Source: a virus | DNA: 64,000 nucleotides | Reading direction: 5' to 3' (one strand) | Virus record (IMG/VR): IMGVR_UViG_3300036715_002161 | Location: 64,001-128,000 of that record | Part shown: piece by piece, positions 19,099-28,125 of the stretch | How positions within the stretch are numbered: position 1 is the stretch's first letter | Layout: every line of letters begins with the position of its first letter | Notes under the pieces: generated by a model | The model's database searches: none | What the model saw: only the letters and a program-made list of their open reading frames with translations | Told to the model about the DNA's origin: nothing | Translations under genes and position numbers: made by a program

Positions 19099-19451
19099 GC
19101 TCTTTGACATTTACTACTTCTTTAGTAAATGATTCCTACCATATACAAGTTAACGTAACAGGAGGTAGTCAACTACCTTCTGGGATTTTCGTGTATGAAA
19201 ATTCTGGTACCAACCTACTAGGAAAATACTATGGTATTTGTAGTTTGGCTGAGTTAACCAGACTTACCCTATTTACAGGGGAGGTGTTACCAGTATTCGG
19301 AAATAGGTTTGTCCGTAGTACTCAGGCTGATATCTCTGTCCCATTGGATTCTGATATAGCCGGAATAATAGCGACAATAAGTCACTCTGTAAGATTGCTT
19401 AACAAGGCCTATACTGGTCTTGGGTCTGTGACAAGCATAGTTCCCCTCTGA
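19080..19451 (+). CDS. hypothetical virion protein
   Basis: ORF in tail cluster; likely start ATG 19095. Confidence 0.55.
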   Translation: MGNCHMSSLTFTTSLVNDSYHIQVNVTGGSQLPSGIFVYENSGTNLLGKYYGICSLAELTRLTLFTGEVLPVFGNRFVRSTQADISVPLDSDIAGIIATISHSVRLLNKAYTGLGSVTSIVPL

Positions 19452-19460
19452 GTTAAAATA
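19452..19460 (+). promoter_or_regulatory. late promoter motif GTTAAAATA
   Basis: intergenic, 5 nt before ATG 19466. Confidence 0.65.
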
Positions 19461-19465
19461 AATTT

Positions 19466-21349
19466 ATGAAACAGATATACGCAAATAATGCAGCCTCTAC
19501 CCTAAGCGGTAGTATAGACAATATTCAGACTACTATAAACCTGACCTCTACAACAGGTTTTCCTGTACCTGCTGCAAACCAATACTTTTTGGTTACAATC
19601 CAGGCTGGTTCCCAGATTGAAATCTGTAGAATAACTGCGGTTAGTGCTGGAGTATTGACGGTGGCCGCAGGTGGCCGAGGCCAAGAAGGGACAGCTGCTC
19701 AAAGTTTTACTAGTGGGGCCGCAGTAGAGATACGGGTTACCAGAGATACTTTAAACGGTTTTACTAATGCCTTGGGACCACTAACGTCCATAGACTTACT
19801 GGACAAACCCGTAAATGCCCAAAGCAATAATAATAGCTATTTAACTGGTAGTATTGATCTATTCGGTAATCCTGTGGCAGTAATTGCCCGCGATAATTAC
19901 ACTTGGAATTTCTTAAACTATTCTCTTTTATTTTCAGGTACAGTTGCAGGATCAACCTCTGGAACAAGCAATATCTCTACATCAACCGGAACCTTGCCTA
20001 CTTTTACTAGTGGTGGTTCCTGTAATTATATTATTCAGTTTACTTCTGGAGCACTACAGGGTAGATCTAGAAATGTAACATCTTCGGTTTCTTCTACCGG
20101 TATATTATCTTGGACAACGGCTACTGCCTCAGCCCCAGGCAGTGGTGACTCCTTTGAAATATATCAGAATAATAATAGTATTCTAAATAGCCTTTCTAAC
20201 TCTAATATTGTTTTTCCTTTGGCAGGTAGCTATACCTTGCTGGCGTCAGACTCAGGTAAAACGTTCCTGGTAAGCACCGGTTCCATTACCTTGCCTAGTC
20301 CGTCTTCTGGCTTGAAATATAAGCTTGTTGGGGTAAATTCTGGTATTGCCACCTTAGTATCAAGTGGTGGCGTCCCGATCTATCTACCCGATTCAAGTAG
20401 TACGACCTCTTTGCCCGTAGGGCTAGTTACTACTATTGAGGTTGTATGTGATGGTACTAGTTGGTTTGTGCTTAATACTTCTGGGCAAGTGATAACCAAA
20501 ACTGCCACGGCGTCAAATCAGGCAATCTCACGAGGACAGGGAGATATTAGATACCAAGGTATACTAGGATATAACCCAGTAAGACAAGGGAATATATCTA
20601 CCCAGTCGCCTGGGCCAGTAATAAATATCGGGCAGTCTGTAGCTGACAACACCCGTGTTAAGCTTTCTGTAGATGCTACTGACCGAGGCAATGTAGTCTT
20701 GGAGAATGATAATAATACCTTCAATGGTATAAATACATTCAATCAACCAGTATATGTACCTGCGGCTTCTTTGGGGGGTCAGGCAATAAACTTGACTCAA
20801 GCTGATACCAGGTACACCCAAGGTATTAATTCAGTACAAAGAGGTAAGAATACAATTTGGATTCCAGCCGGAGCTATGACGTCCAGGGTCACCTCCGGGG
20901 CCGCTATTGGAATAGTAGAAACTACTTATAATAAGGTTGTGCATAAAACTTTGGATTTTTCCCAAGGAGTTGCCCAGTACGCTCAGTTTAAAGTTCGTAT
21001 GCCTAAGTCATGGAATGGGGCTGCTCCAGGTTTTGGAGCAACTTTTGTCTGGTCTGCTACCTCTGGAACTGGATCCGTAGTCTGGAGTATACAGGTTACC
21101 CCTATTGTCGATGGATCTCTAGATGCCATCTTCGGTACTGCCATAACTACAACTCAGGGTGTTACTACCGGAAATATTTTGACTACTTCAGAGACTGCCG
21201 GGTTTTTACCTACTGGGGCATATGTTAGGGCTTCTGAACCAACCTTGATTTTTCAAGTATCTAGGCTCATAACTGACACTTTAACTACTACTGCTAGCCT
21301 ACACGGTATCAGTCTTAGTTATATTACGGACCAAGCCAACGATGCTTAA
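19466..21349 (+). CDS. tail fibre protein
   Basis: N-terminal YANNAASTL...RGQEGTAAQSF..G..VEIRVT fibre anchor; Ser/Thr/Gly-rich modules. Confidence 0.75.
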   Translation: MKQIYANNAASTLSGSIDNIQTTINLTSTTGFPVPAANQYFLVTIQAGSQIEICRITAVSAGVLTVAAGGRGQEGTAAQSFTSGAAVEIRVTRDTLNGFTNALGPLTSIDLLDKPVNAQSNNNSYLTGSIDLFGNPVAVIARDNYTWNFLNYSLLFSGTVAGSTSGTSNISTSTGTLPTFTSGGSCNYIIQFTSGALQGRSRNVTSSVSSTGILSWTTATASAPGSGDSFEIYQNNNSILNSLSNSNIVFPLAGSYTLLASDSGKTFLVSTGSITLPSPSSGLKYKLVGVNSGIATLVSSGGVPIYLPDSSSTTSLPVGLVTTIEVVCDGTSWFVLNTSGQVITKTATASNQAISRGQGDIRYQGILGYNPVRQGNISTQSPGPVINIGQSVADNTRVKLSVDATDRGNVVLENDNNTFNGINTFNQPVYVPAASLGGQAINLTQADTRYTQGINSVQRGKNTIWIPAGAMTSRVTSGAAIGIVETTYNKVVHKTLDFSQGVAQYAQFKVRMPKSWNGAAPGFGATFVWSATSGTGSVVWSIQVTPIVDGSLDAIFGTAITTTQGVTTGNILTTSETAGFLPTGAYVRASEPTLIFQVSRLITDTLTTTASLHGISLSYITDQANDA

Positions 21350-22100
21350 TGTCAATAGCCTTATCGGGTTCGGGGTTGGTGGTTCGGGATATGAAATCAA
21401 GATCTTGGTCAACACCGCAAACTTTTCGCTCACCTCCGCCCTGACTGCCGTAGGCTGGGGCGGCGGCCCAGCTGAGGTGAGAGTGATCGTGGCGCCAGGC
21501 GTGGTAGTCTACGGAACCGCCGGTAATCCTGGATTTACTACAAGTGGCGTTCCCTACGGCTCCGTCATCAATCTAGTCAATTCTGGAATAATTACCGGGG
21601 CGGGCGGTATGGGGGGCGACGCTACACCTGTAACTTATGGAGGCCCTGGAGGCTTTGGAGGAGTTGGCAGTACTGGGCTGATTACAACCGTGCCTATGAC
21701 GATTGACAATTCGGCAGGAGTGATTGCCGGTGGTGGTGGCGGCGGTGGTGCTGGAGGCACCAGTAAAGCTGGTGACGTTTACAGCACTGGTGGTGGTGCT
21801 GGTGGAGGGGGATCTGGCTTTGGAGCAGGAGGATTAGCATCTACAGTACACTACCTTGGAGGCACTCCTCAACCTGGAGCAGTAGGGGGCTTGTTAACTG
21901 GTGGTGCTGGTGGTGCTGGCGATTTCCCCGGGGCTGCGGGTGGCGGTTGGCCTGGTACTGGAATTGGGGGAACTGGGGCAAATCGTGTAGACGATCCCAG
22001 TTCCCTGCTCGGGGTCGGCGGCAATCCCGGAAACTGCACTTCAGGGAGCAGCTTCATAACATGGATAGCTACTGGAACTAGATATGGCACTCTTGCCTAG
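21342..22100 (+). CDS. glycine-rich receptor-recognising adhesin (T-even gp38-like)
   Basis: LVNSGIITGAGGMGG, IDNSAGVIAGGGGGGG, polyglycine segments, C-terminal ITW..GTRYG. Confidence 0.8.
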   Translation: MLNVNSLIGFGVGGSGYEIKILVNTANFSLTSALTAVGWGGGPAEVRVIVAPGVVVYGTAGNPGFTTSGVPYGSVINLVNSGIITGAGGMGGDATPVTYGGPGGFGGVGSTGLITTVPMTIDNSAGVIAGGGGGGGAGGTSKAGDVYSTGGGAGGGGSGFGAGGLASTVHYLGGTPQPGAVGGLLTGGAGGAGDFPGAAGGGWPGTGIGGTGANRVDDPSSLLGVGGNPGNCTSGSSFITWIATGTRYGTLA

Positions 22101-22113
22101 CTTATTTAAAAGT

Positions 22114-22133
22114 GGAGACAACGCGTTGTCTCC
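22114..22133. repeat. perfect 20-bp palindrome
   Basis: GGAGACAACGCGTTGTCTCC, intergenic. Confidence 0.85.
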
Positions 22134-22148
22134 TGGAGATAGTTTAAA

Positions 22149-22697
22149 ATGCAGTATTCATTTGTAAACACAGAAGGAAATATAATTGATACCAGGGTTT
22201 TTATCGAAAGACCTGACAACCCCCATTATTCAAAAGGGGTCTGGCTCCCAGATGAGCCTCCAGAGTATAATCCAGAGATTGAAAATCTGGAAGTAGTTTA
22301 TCCAATTTCTATGGTGGCCGACTCCATCCCATACCTAGTCACAGACAAAGACATTGAGGTCATAAGATTGGCCAAAATAAAAGAGATGTACAGAGACTAC
22401 TTAGCAGCCCAACAGTTACCAGTTTATTATATGGGTAGTACTTTTCAGGCCGATCTGGCTAGTCAAGACGTTCTTGCTAAGAGCCTGGCTGGTATGAGTG
22501 TTGTTGCTCCAGCAGGTTTTTACTGGGTAGATGTCCAGAACAACAAGGTAGCAATGAGTTTTGAAAACCTCCAAGGCATGGCTGCCGCCATGTTCCAACA
22601 GGGATGGGATGCCTTTAAAAATCTACAAGATAAAAAAGACTTAGCTAGTTCTCCAGATGCCACCGTGGCAACAATAAAAAATATAACTTGGGCATGA
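22149..22697 (+). CDS. tail fibre assembly-like protein (DUF4376-like)
   Basis: GSTFQAD..SQ...WVDVQNNKVAMS...ITW C-terminal pattern. Confidence 0.65.
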   Translation: MQYSFVNTEGNIIDTRVFIERPDNPHYSKGVWLPDEPPEYNPEIENLEVVYPISMVADSIPYLVTDKDIEVIRLAKIKEMYRDYLAAQQLPVYYMGSTFQADLASQDVLAKSLAGMSVVAPAGFYWVDVQNNKVAMSFENLQGMAAAMFQQGWDAFKNLQDKKDLASSPDATVATIKNITWA

Positions 22698-22700
22698 TAG

Positions 22701-23033
22701 ATGGAATACGATTCTCGTATAGCAGTAGTAGAAATGAAGGTAGGAACCCTAGAGAAATCAATTGAGACTATGGCAGAAGGTATTCAACAGTTAGTTATTG
22801 CAGAGGCCAAGAGGGAGAACGACAAAGAGATTTTTGATCGTTTGTTTGACTCTATAAAGCAGCTCCGTGAATATTCTTATGCTATAGATAAAAAAATAAC
22901 TGACTACATATCTGCCCAGAATGAGGAGGATCTAAATCAATACAAAACCCTTTTATTTAAAATACTAGGGCTGATAGGTTTAGTCCTGGCCTCGGGTCTT
23001 TCAGGTTTTCTTTTTAAAACTCACCTGTTGTAA
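22701..23033 (+). CDS. coiled-coil membrane protein (holin/antiholin-like)
   Basis: N-terminal coiled coil, single C-terminal TM helix. Confidence 0.45.
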   Translation: MEYDSRIAVVEMKVGTLEKSIETMAEGIQQLVIAEAKRENDKEIFDRLFDSIKQLREYSYAIDKKITDYISAQNEEDLNQYKTLLFKILGLIGLVLASGLSGFLFKTHLL

Positions 23034-23034
23034 A

Positions 23035-23481
23035 ATGAGAATAGTAATAAGATTCATACAATCTAACTCCTTGGTGTCTAAAGTAATTCGTTACTGGACC
23101 CGAGGGGATTGGTCTCATGTAGAACTTATGATGGACGACGGCTGGTTAGTGTCCAGTATTACTGATGGGGTTGAAATCAAGCCTTTTGGATATAATACTT
23201 CTTTGGTAATGCAGTATACAAACCTGTTTACCACGACTGAAAACTACTGTAAAATAATGGACTTTGCAGCTGCTCAGGTTGGTAAGCCTTATGATTGGAA
23301 ATCCATTTTGGGGTTTATTTTCAGAAGAGACTGGACCTTAGATAATTCCTGGATTTGTTCTGAGCTTATCTTGGCCTCCTTGATGGCAGGCGATGTTACC
23401 GTACTTAATACTAATAAATTAAATAGAGTAGATCCTAATACCCTTTATTTATCCCCGGTTTTTATACCAGAAAGAGGTTGA
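23035..23481 (+). CDS. permuted papain-like NlpC/P60 (YiiX-like) peptidase
   Basis: WSHVEL, VGKPYDW and WICSELI motifs. Confidence 0.8.
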   Translation: MRIVIRFIQSNSLVSKVIRYWTRGDWSHVELMMDDGWLVSSITDGVEIKPFGYNTSLVMQYTNLFTTTENYCKIMDFAAAQVGKPYDWKSILGFIFRRDWTLDNSWICSELILASLMAGDVTVLNTNKLNRVDPNTLYLSPVFIPERG

Positions 23482-23486
23482 CCTAA

Positions 23487-23783
23487 ATGGCCCTAGTACA
23501 AACAGCAGTTAGATTTTTCCTCCAAAATGAGCCCAGGTACTGGACTGTGGACAACAGACCTTTGACTGACCTTGACTCTAATGTCAAAAGTATTGTCACT
23601 GAAATCGGATTGATAGAGGCCACTGGAGTTCTTGGGATGAAGTTTTATACAGGAGTAGGGTCTCCTGAGGGAGTAATTACGGCCTCAGTAGGCTCTCTCT
23701 ACGTAAGGTCTGACGGTGCAGTCAATACTACTCTTTATGTCAAACAAGTAGGTGCTGGGGCAACAGGTTGGGCGGCCAAATGA
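23487..23783 (+). CDS. small virion / fibre-like protein
   Basis: YWTVDNRPLTDL N-terminus; GSPEGVITASVGSLYVR...LYVK..G..GW module common in tail proteins. Confidence 0.55.
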   Translation: MALVQTAVRFFLQNEPRYWTVDNRPLTDLDSNVKSIVTEIGLIEATGVLGMKFYTGVGSPEGVITASVGSLYVRSDGAVNTTLYVKQVGAGATGWAAK

Positions 23784-24391
23784 TTACTCCTGAGCTTTTA
23801 CAAAAATGTTTAGGTCTTAATGGAGCTCAGGCAAAAATCTGGTCTGCCGTCTTGGGATATGTCTGCCTGAAGTTTGAGATAAATACACCTAAAAGACAAG
23901 CTGCCTTCCTGGCTCAAGTAGTGGTAGAATCCGAGTCCTTTACTCATTTGTCTGAAAATTTAAACTATTCTGAGATAGGATTATTGACCACTTTTAAAAA
24001 ATACTTTACCAAGGTAGAAGCTGCCAAATACGCCAAAAACAAGGTGGCCATTGCCAATCGAGTCTATGCCTCTAGATTTGGTAACGGTCCAGAAGAGTCT
24101 GGAGATGGCTGGAAATATCGTGGTAGAGGTCTTATTCAGATAACATTCCATGACAACTACCTAGACTGTGGCCTAGGGCTTGGAGTAGATCTATTAAATA
24201 ATCCAGAACTACTGGAGACGCCAAATTTGGCTGCCTCCTCTGCCGCCTGGTATTGGAAGAAACACGGCTGTAATGCCCTGGCTGACACAGATGACTTCCG
24301 ATCAATTACCAAGGTTATTAACGGTGGTTTAAACGATGAAGACCAGAGAGAGTCCTTCTGGGGTAAAATAAGACAGGAGATGAAAATATGA
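23780..24391 (+). CDS. endolysin, glycoside hydrolase family 19
   Basis: AAFLAQ..ES, ENLNYS, GDGWKYRGRGLIQIT, ITKVINGG motifs. Confidence 0.9.
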   Translation: MITPELLQKCLGLNGAQAKIWSAVLGYVCLKFEINTPKRQAAFLAQVVVESESFTHLSENLNYSEIGLLTTFKKYFTKVEAAKYAKNKVAIANRVYASRFGNGPEESGDGWKYRGRGLIQITFHDNYLDCGLGLGVDLLNNPELLETPNLAASSAAWYWKKHGCNALADTDDFRSITKVINGGLNDEDQRESFWGKIRQEMKI

Positions 24392-24612
24392 AAATTCTAA
24401 AAGATAGTTTTACAGTTGCCAATGGCCAAGATTTTGATATTGGTAAAATTCTCTGGGTCATGGTATCATTAACTTTTATGGTGCTTGCAATCTTTTCAAT
24501 ATTGCTAAAAGGTCAAGCGTTTGACCCAGTTGGATTTGGTACCGGCGCTGGATTGGTCTTGGCTGGTGGTGGAGCCGCCCTAGGACTTAAGTCTGGAACA
24601 GAACCTAAATGA
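24388..24612 (+). CDS. putative holin
   Basis: 74 aa, two hydrophobic segments, next to the endolysin. Confidence 0.55.
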   Translation: MKILKDSFTVANGQDFDIGKILWVMVSLTFMVLAIFSILLKGQAFDPVGFGTGAGLVLAGGGAALGLKSGTEPK

Positions 24613-25034
24613 CCGCCTTTAGAAATACTCTAGACCTTTCAAATCCCATGACCCTCTTTACGGGATTTGACCCCTATTATTGGGCTACAGATAATATTCC
24701 TCTGCAACAGCTACATGATAGAGACGCAGCCCTGGCCGATAGAATTGACCTAATCTCAGTAGGTAGAGTAGATGTAACAGGTAATGGCACAGCCTCCCCG
24801 GTAATAAATGCACTACCCACAGGTTGGGCTGTGACCCGTAACGGAACTGGTGACTATACCATTACCCATAGCTTATCGACTCTATTATATTCAGTTATGT
24901 CAAGTTGTCAAAGTACGACGCCGGCGTTTGTAAATCAATATGCAGCCTCCGCTAACACTTGTAGTATTCGTACATATAACCTGAGCGGGGCTGTAACTGA
25001 TATGCAATTTTCTTTATTGATAACCAGACTATGA
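24609..25034 (+). CDS. small virion / fibre-like protein
   Basis: YYWATDNIPLQQL N-terminus paralogous to 23487; RNGTGDYTITH fibre-tip-like segment. Confidence 0.5.
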   Translation: MTAFRNTLDLSNPMTLFTGFDPYYWATDNIPLQQLHDRDAALADRIDLISVGRVDVTGNGTASPVINALPTGWAVTRNGTGDYTITHSLSTLLYSVMSSCQSTTPAFVNQYAASANTCSIRTYNLSGAVTDMQFSLLITRL

Positions 25035-25408
25035 ATCCCTATTTGCTATATATTAAGTGGGCAGTGCTCGTTGTTTTTGTATTGGTCTTGGTTGGTTTTG
25101 GCTATCATCTAGGCTCCAATCATTATGGTCCAATTATTGCCGACCTTACTGAAAAAGTAGAGGCGGCCAAGGATGCCCAGACTGCCTTGTCTCTTTCTCT
25201 AGAGGCTCAAACCCAGAATGCCGAAACGGCCAAAAAACAGGCCGATCTTGCCTTGGAAAATAGTAAGGCGGCCTTGGCTGCGGCCCGCAAGAGTCAGCAG
25301 AAGGCCTTAGACGAAATAGCTTTCTACAAAAGAGAGGTGGCTGACCCTAGAGGTCGCACCTGTTCCCAGGCAGTATTAGAAATAAAGGACAATATAAATG
25401 TTAAATAA
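25031..25408 (+). CDS. inner-membrane spanin (Rz-like)
   Basis: N-terminal TM helix, Ala-rich coiled coil, C-terminal Cys. Confidence 0.75.
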   Translation: MNPYLLYIKWAVLVVFVLVLVGFGYHLGSNHYGPIIADLTEKVEAAKDAQTALSLSLEAQTQNAETAKKQADLALENSKAALAAARKSQQKALDEIAFYKREVADPRGRTCSQAVLEIKDNINVK

Positions 25409-25670
25409 AATTATACCTTTTCTCTTTTTAAGTCTGTGCTCCTGTGCTCAACCCGTAAGACCCAATGTAGTACCTCAGATTGTAAAAGTAGAAGTACCCG
25501 TTCCGTGTGTAGTTCCGGCTGTAGAAGAACCAGTATTTATAACAGATGCTGAATTAGCCACTATGTCAGACTACCAAGTAATAATTTCCCTATGGGTAGA
25601 CCATAAAGAGAGAAAGAATTATATTGAGGAACTTAAAGCCTCGAACAAAGGTTGTTCGGGGTTAAAATAG
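25398..25670 (+). CDS. outer-membrane spanin (Rz1-like lipoprotein)
   Basis: Signal peptide with lipobox LCSC, Pro-rich VKVEVPVPC; overlaps the i-spanin. Confidence 0.75.
   Translation: MLNKIIPFLFLSLCSCAQPVRPNVVPQIVKVEVPVPCVVPAVEEPVFITDAELATMSDYQVIISLWVDHKERKNYIEELKASNKGCSGLK
25661..25669 (+). promoter_or_regulatory. late promoter motif GTTAAAATA
   Basis: 33 nt upstream of ATG 25703 (leadered case). Confidence 0.5.
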
Positions 25671-25702
25671 AGTAGTAAATTAACCAATAGGATATTATCA
25701 AA

Positions 25703-26350
25703 ATGGCAGGAACAAGCGATTACTTACAGAATAAACTCATTGACTTTGAACTTAGAGGTCAGGCTTTTACTCCCACACCGACTATTTATATAGGCATTAT
25801 GACTTGTACCAATGGAGCTCGAACCAGTGGCATAGCCCTAGCCCTCAATGCTACAATTAGTATGGTTGCTGCTGACGGGTTTAATCATTTATATAAGACC
25901 ACTGTTGCTGGTAATACTGCCGTAACTGCTCCTCTTTTCCCAGGTGTTCCTGGAGAGACTATTACTGATGGTACCTGTACTTTGGTAGAACAGTCTGCAT
26001 CAATTCAGAATGGTACTGCCGTCGTGGAACCTACCGGTATTGGTAGCTATCAGCGAGCTTCTGTGTCAACCTCCATGGCTACTTTTAATAATACGCAGGC
26101 CTCTGGTACGGCTGTGGCCAGCTCAGGGACCTCCTCTACTACTTCAAATACCAATACAATTTCTTTTGTGGCTGCAACTGCTGCATGGACCTCTGGTACA
26201 ACCCAAGCTTGGGGTTTTGCCATTTTCGATGCCTTGTCTGGGGGTAACCTCCTACGCTATGGCGGCCTAAATGCAAACCAGGTTATTAACTCTGGAAATA
26301 CCCTGACCTTTGCCCCCGGTACCTTGGTTATAAAAATTGATAATGCCTAA
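25703..26350 (+). CDS. virion structural / minor tail protein
   Basis: SDYLQNKL...YQRAS...AIFDALSGGNLL...GNTLTF pattern of phage tail proteins. Confidence 0.65.
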   Translation: MAGTSDYLQNKLIDFELRGQAFTPTPTIYIGIMTCTNGARTSGIALALNATISMVAADGFNHLYKTTVAGNTAVTAPLFPGVPGETITDGTCTLVEQSASIQNGTAVVEPTGIGSYQRASVSTSMATFNNTQASGTAVASSGTSSTTSNTNTISFVAATAAWTSGTTQAWGFAIFDALSGGNLLRYGGLNANQVINSGNTLTFAPGTLVIKIDNA

Positions 26351-26386
26351 TATATCGGTTATAGATATAGATAACGACTAATATAA

Positions 26387-27613
26387 ATGATATTTGCAGC
26401 GACCTCATTCAGTACTAATTCGTTTAGTACTACTGGAACGGTGATGGTTGCCATATCTGGTAGTTCAAACTCTAGGGCCTATGGCTCTGGAGTTCCTATT
26501 AATTCTGTACTGGCCATAGGCCAGACCAATTCTAATAGTAGTTTGGCTGGAACGTTGGCCAAACAAGTAGCCATACTAGGCACGTCTAACTCCAATAGCA
26601 ATAGTTTTGTATCCCTCCCAACCCAGGCCTCTGGAGTTTCTGGGCAAGATACTTTGGCGTCTGCTCCATATTCTACAGTCAGCTTTGGTACTAGTATTGA
26701 TCTAGGCCTAATTAATATTTCTGGTATTATAGGTCAAAACTCAAACGGCTTAGCTTCAGTCTCTAGTATAAACCTTATTTCCGGTACGGCTGGTCAGTCA
26801 TCTAGCTCTACGGCCCAGTTTTTTACAATTACAACTAACTACATTTCCGGTACGGCTGTCCAGTCATCTAGTTCTACGGCCCAGTTTTTTACAATTACAA
26901 CTAACTACATTTCCGGGGTAGGGGGGCAAGTTTCATCAGGGTCAGGGGACTCGTCCAACCTGTCTTTTATCTCAGGACTAACTAGTCAAGTTCAAACTCA
27001 AGGTGCTGACAGTTTCTTGATAACCACCCCTTCTGGAGTTTCTGGCCAAAGAAGTGTAATGGCAGGGGACCTGTTCAATCCTGTGTTTATTACCACTGAC
27101 GGATCAGGTCAAACATCCTCTGGAAAAGGAACTGGAGTAATACCAACATGGATTAATCCAGGTCTCTCTAGTCAAGAAACAGTTTCTTTTGGAGATCTGG
27201 TAGTCGGAACTTTTATTGATCTGATACCGGTCTCAACTATACCTACTCAAATAGGAGAGGGTCCAGTTGTCTATCCAGTAGATCAAGACCTGGTTATATA
27301 CTCTGGGATTACTAGTAAGTTTCAGTTTGCCTATGTAGACCCCTTGTCTCTGCTACCAATCACCCTTGGTGGAGTAGAGGCGGTATTTGAGATAAGTAAT
27401 ATCAAAGATCAGTATAATATCATTTATACTCTGAGTACCCAAACAGGTGAGTTACAAATAGATCCTGTTTTCGGAGTAATCACCATTAATTTCTCTTCAG
27501 ATTTCACAGGTAGTACTGACCCTTTTTATGGTCTCTATAGGCTAAGACTGATAGCCTCCGGTACCAGTCTTCAAATCCTTAAAGGATTTATTTTATTGGA
27601 TGGGGCACCATGA
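26387..27613 (+). CDS. Ser/Thr/Gly-rich virion protein with internal repeats
   Basis: 408 aa; repeated ISG..GQ.SS units; C-terminal BppU-like segment. Confidence 0.6.
   Translation: MIFAATSFSTNSFSTTGTVMVAISGSSNSRAYGSGVPINSVLAIGQTNSNSSLAGTLAKQVAILGTSNSNSNSFVSLPTQASGVSGQDTLASAPYSTVSFGTSIDLGLINISGIIGQNSNGLASVSSINLISGTAGQSSSSTAQFFTITTNYISGTAVQSSSSTAQFFTITTNYISGVGGQVSSGSGDSSNLSFISGLTSQVQTQGADSFLITTPSGVSGQRSVMAGDLFNPVFITTDGSGQTSSGKGTGVIPTWINPGLSSQETVSFGDLVVGTFIDLIPVSTIPTQIGEGPVVYPVDQDLVIYSGITSKFQFAYVDPLSLLPITLGGVEAVFEISNIKDQYNIIYTLSTQTGELQIDPVFGVITINFSSDFTGSTDPFYGLYRLRLIASGTSLQILKGFILLDGAP
26777..26916 (+). repeat. near-perfect 66-bp (22-aa) tandem duplication
   Basis: ISGTAGQSSSSTAQFFTITTNY / ISGTAVQSSSSTAQFFTITTNY. 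Confidence 0.9.
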
Positions 27614-28101
27614 CAGCTTTGGCGATTCTATTTTGTGGTATATTCGATAGAATGAGGGGTTTCCACTGGAGATTCATGAGTTTCCTCTATGGCCTATTAA
27701 TGGCTTTTATCTTTGGTATTACCTGGAAACTCTCCCTAGTCTTTGCCCTGTTGTGGTGGCTGGGGGCTGCTCCTGGTTGGGGAGAGCCCCTAGGGTCTCT
27801 TTTTGCAGGCAGATTTCAAAAGGTCTCTAGTAGAGAATGGTGGCAGGTACTAGGTCTTCAAAATCCAGGAAATGAACTTTGGGCCTCTTTGTTTAGAGGA
27901 GCCATGTGGGGAGCCTGTATATTACCAATGTCCTACTGGTTTCCAAGACTAGTATTTCTTCCGGTAATAACTGCCCTAGGTTTTGTCCTGGCAGTACCCA
28001 TCGGCAAGTTTTTAGGCCATATCCTAAAAAAAGAATCCTGGGCCACAATGGAATTCGTAAGAGGCCTTTTGATGGGCCTGGGCATATTTATAATAAGCTA
28101 A
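27610..28101 (+). CDS. multi-pass membrane protein
   Basis: about 4-5 hydrophobic segments. Confidence 0.65.
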   Translation: MTALAILFCGIFDRMRGFHWRFMSFLYGLLMAFIFGITWKLSLVFALLWWLGAAPGWGEPLGSLFAGRFQKVSSREWWQVLGLQNPGNELWASLFRGAMWGACILPMSYWFPRLVFLPVITALGFVLAVPIGKFLGHILKKESWATMEFVRGLLMGLGIFIIS

Positions 28102-28125
28102 AATAATCACTTAAAGGAAAATTAA

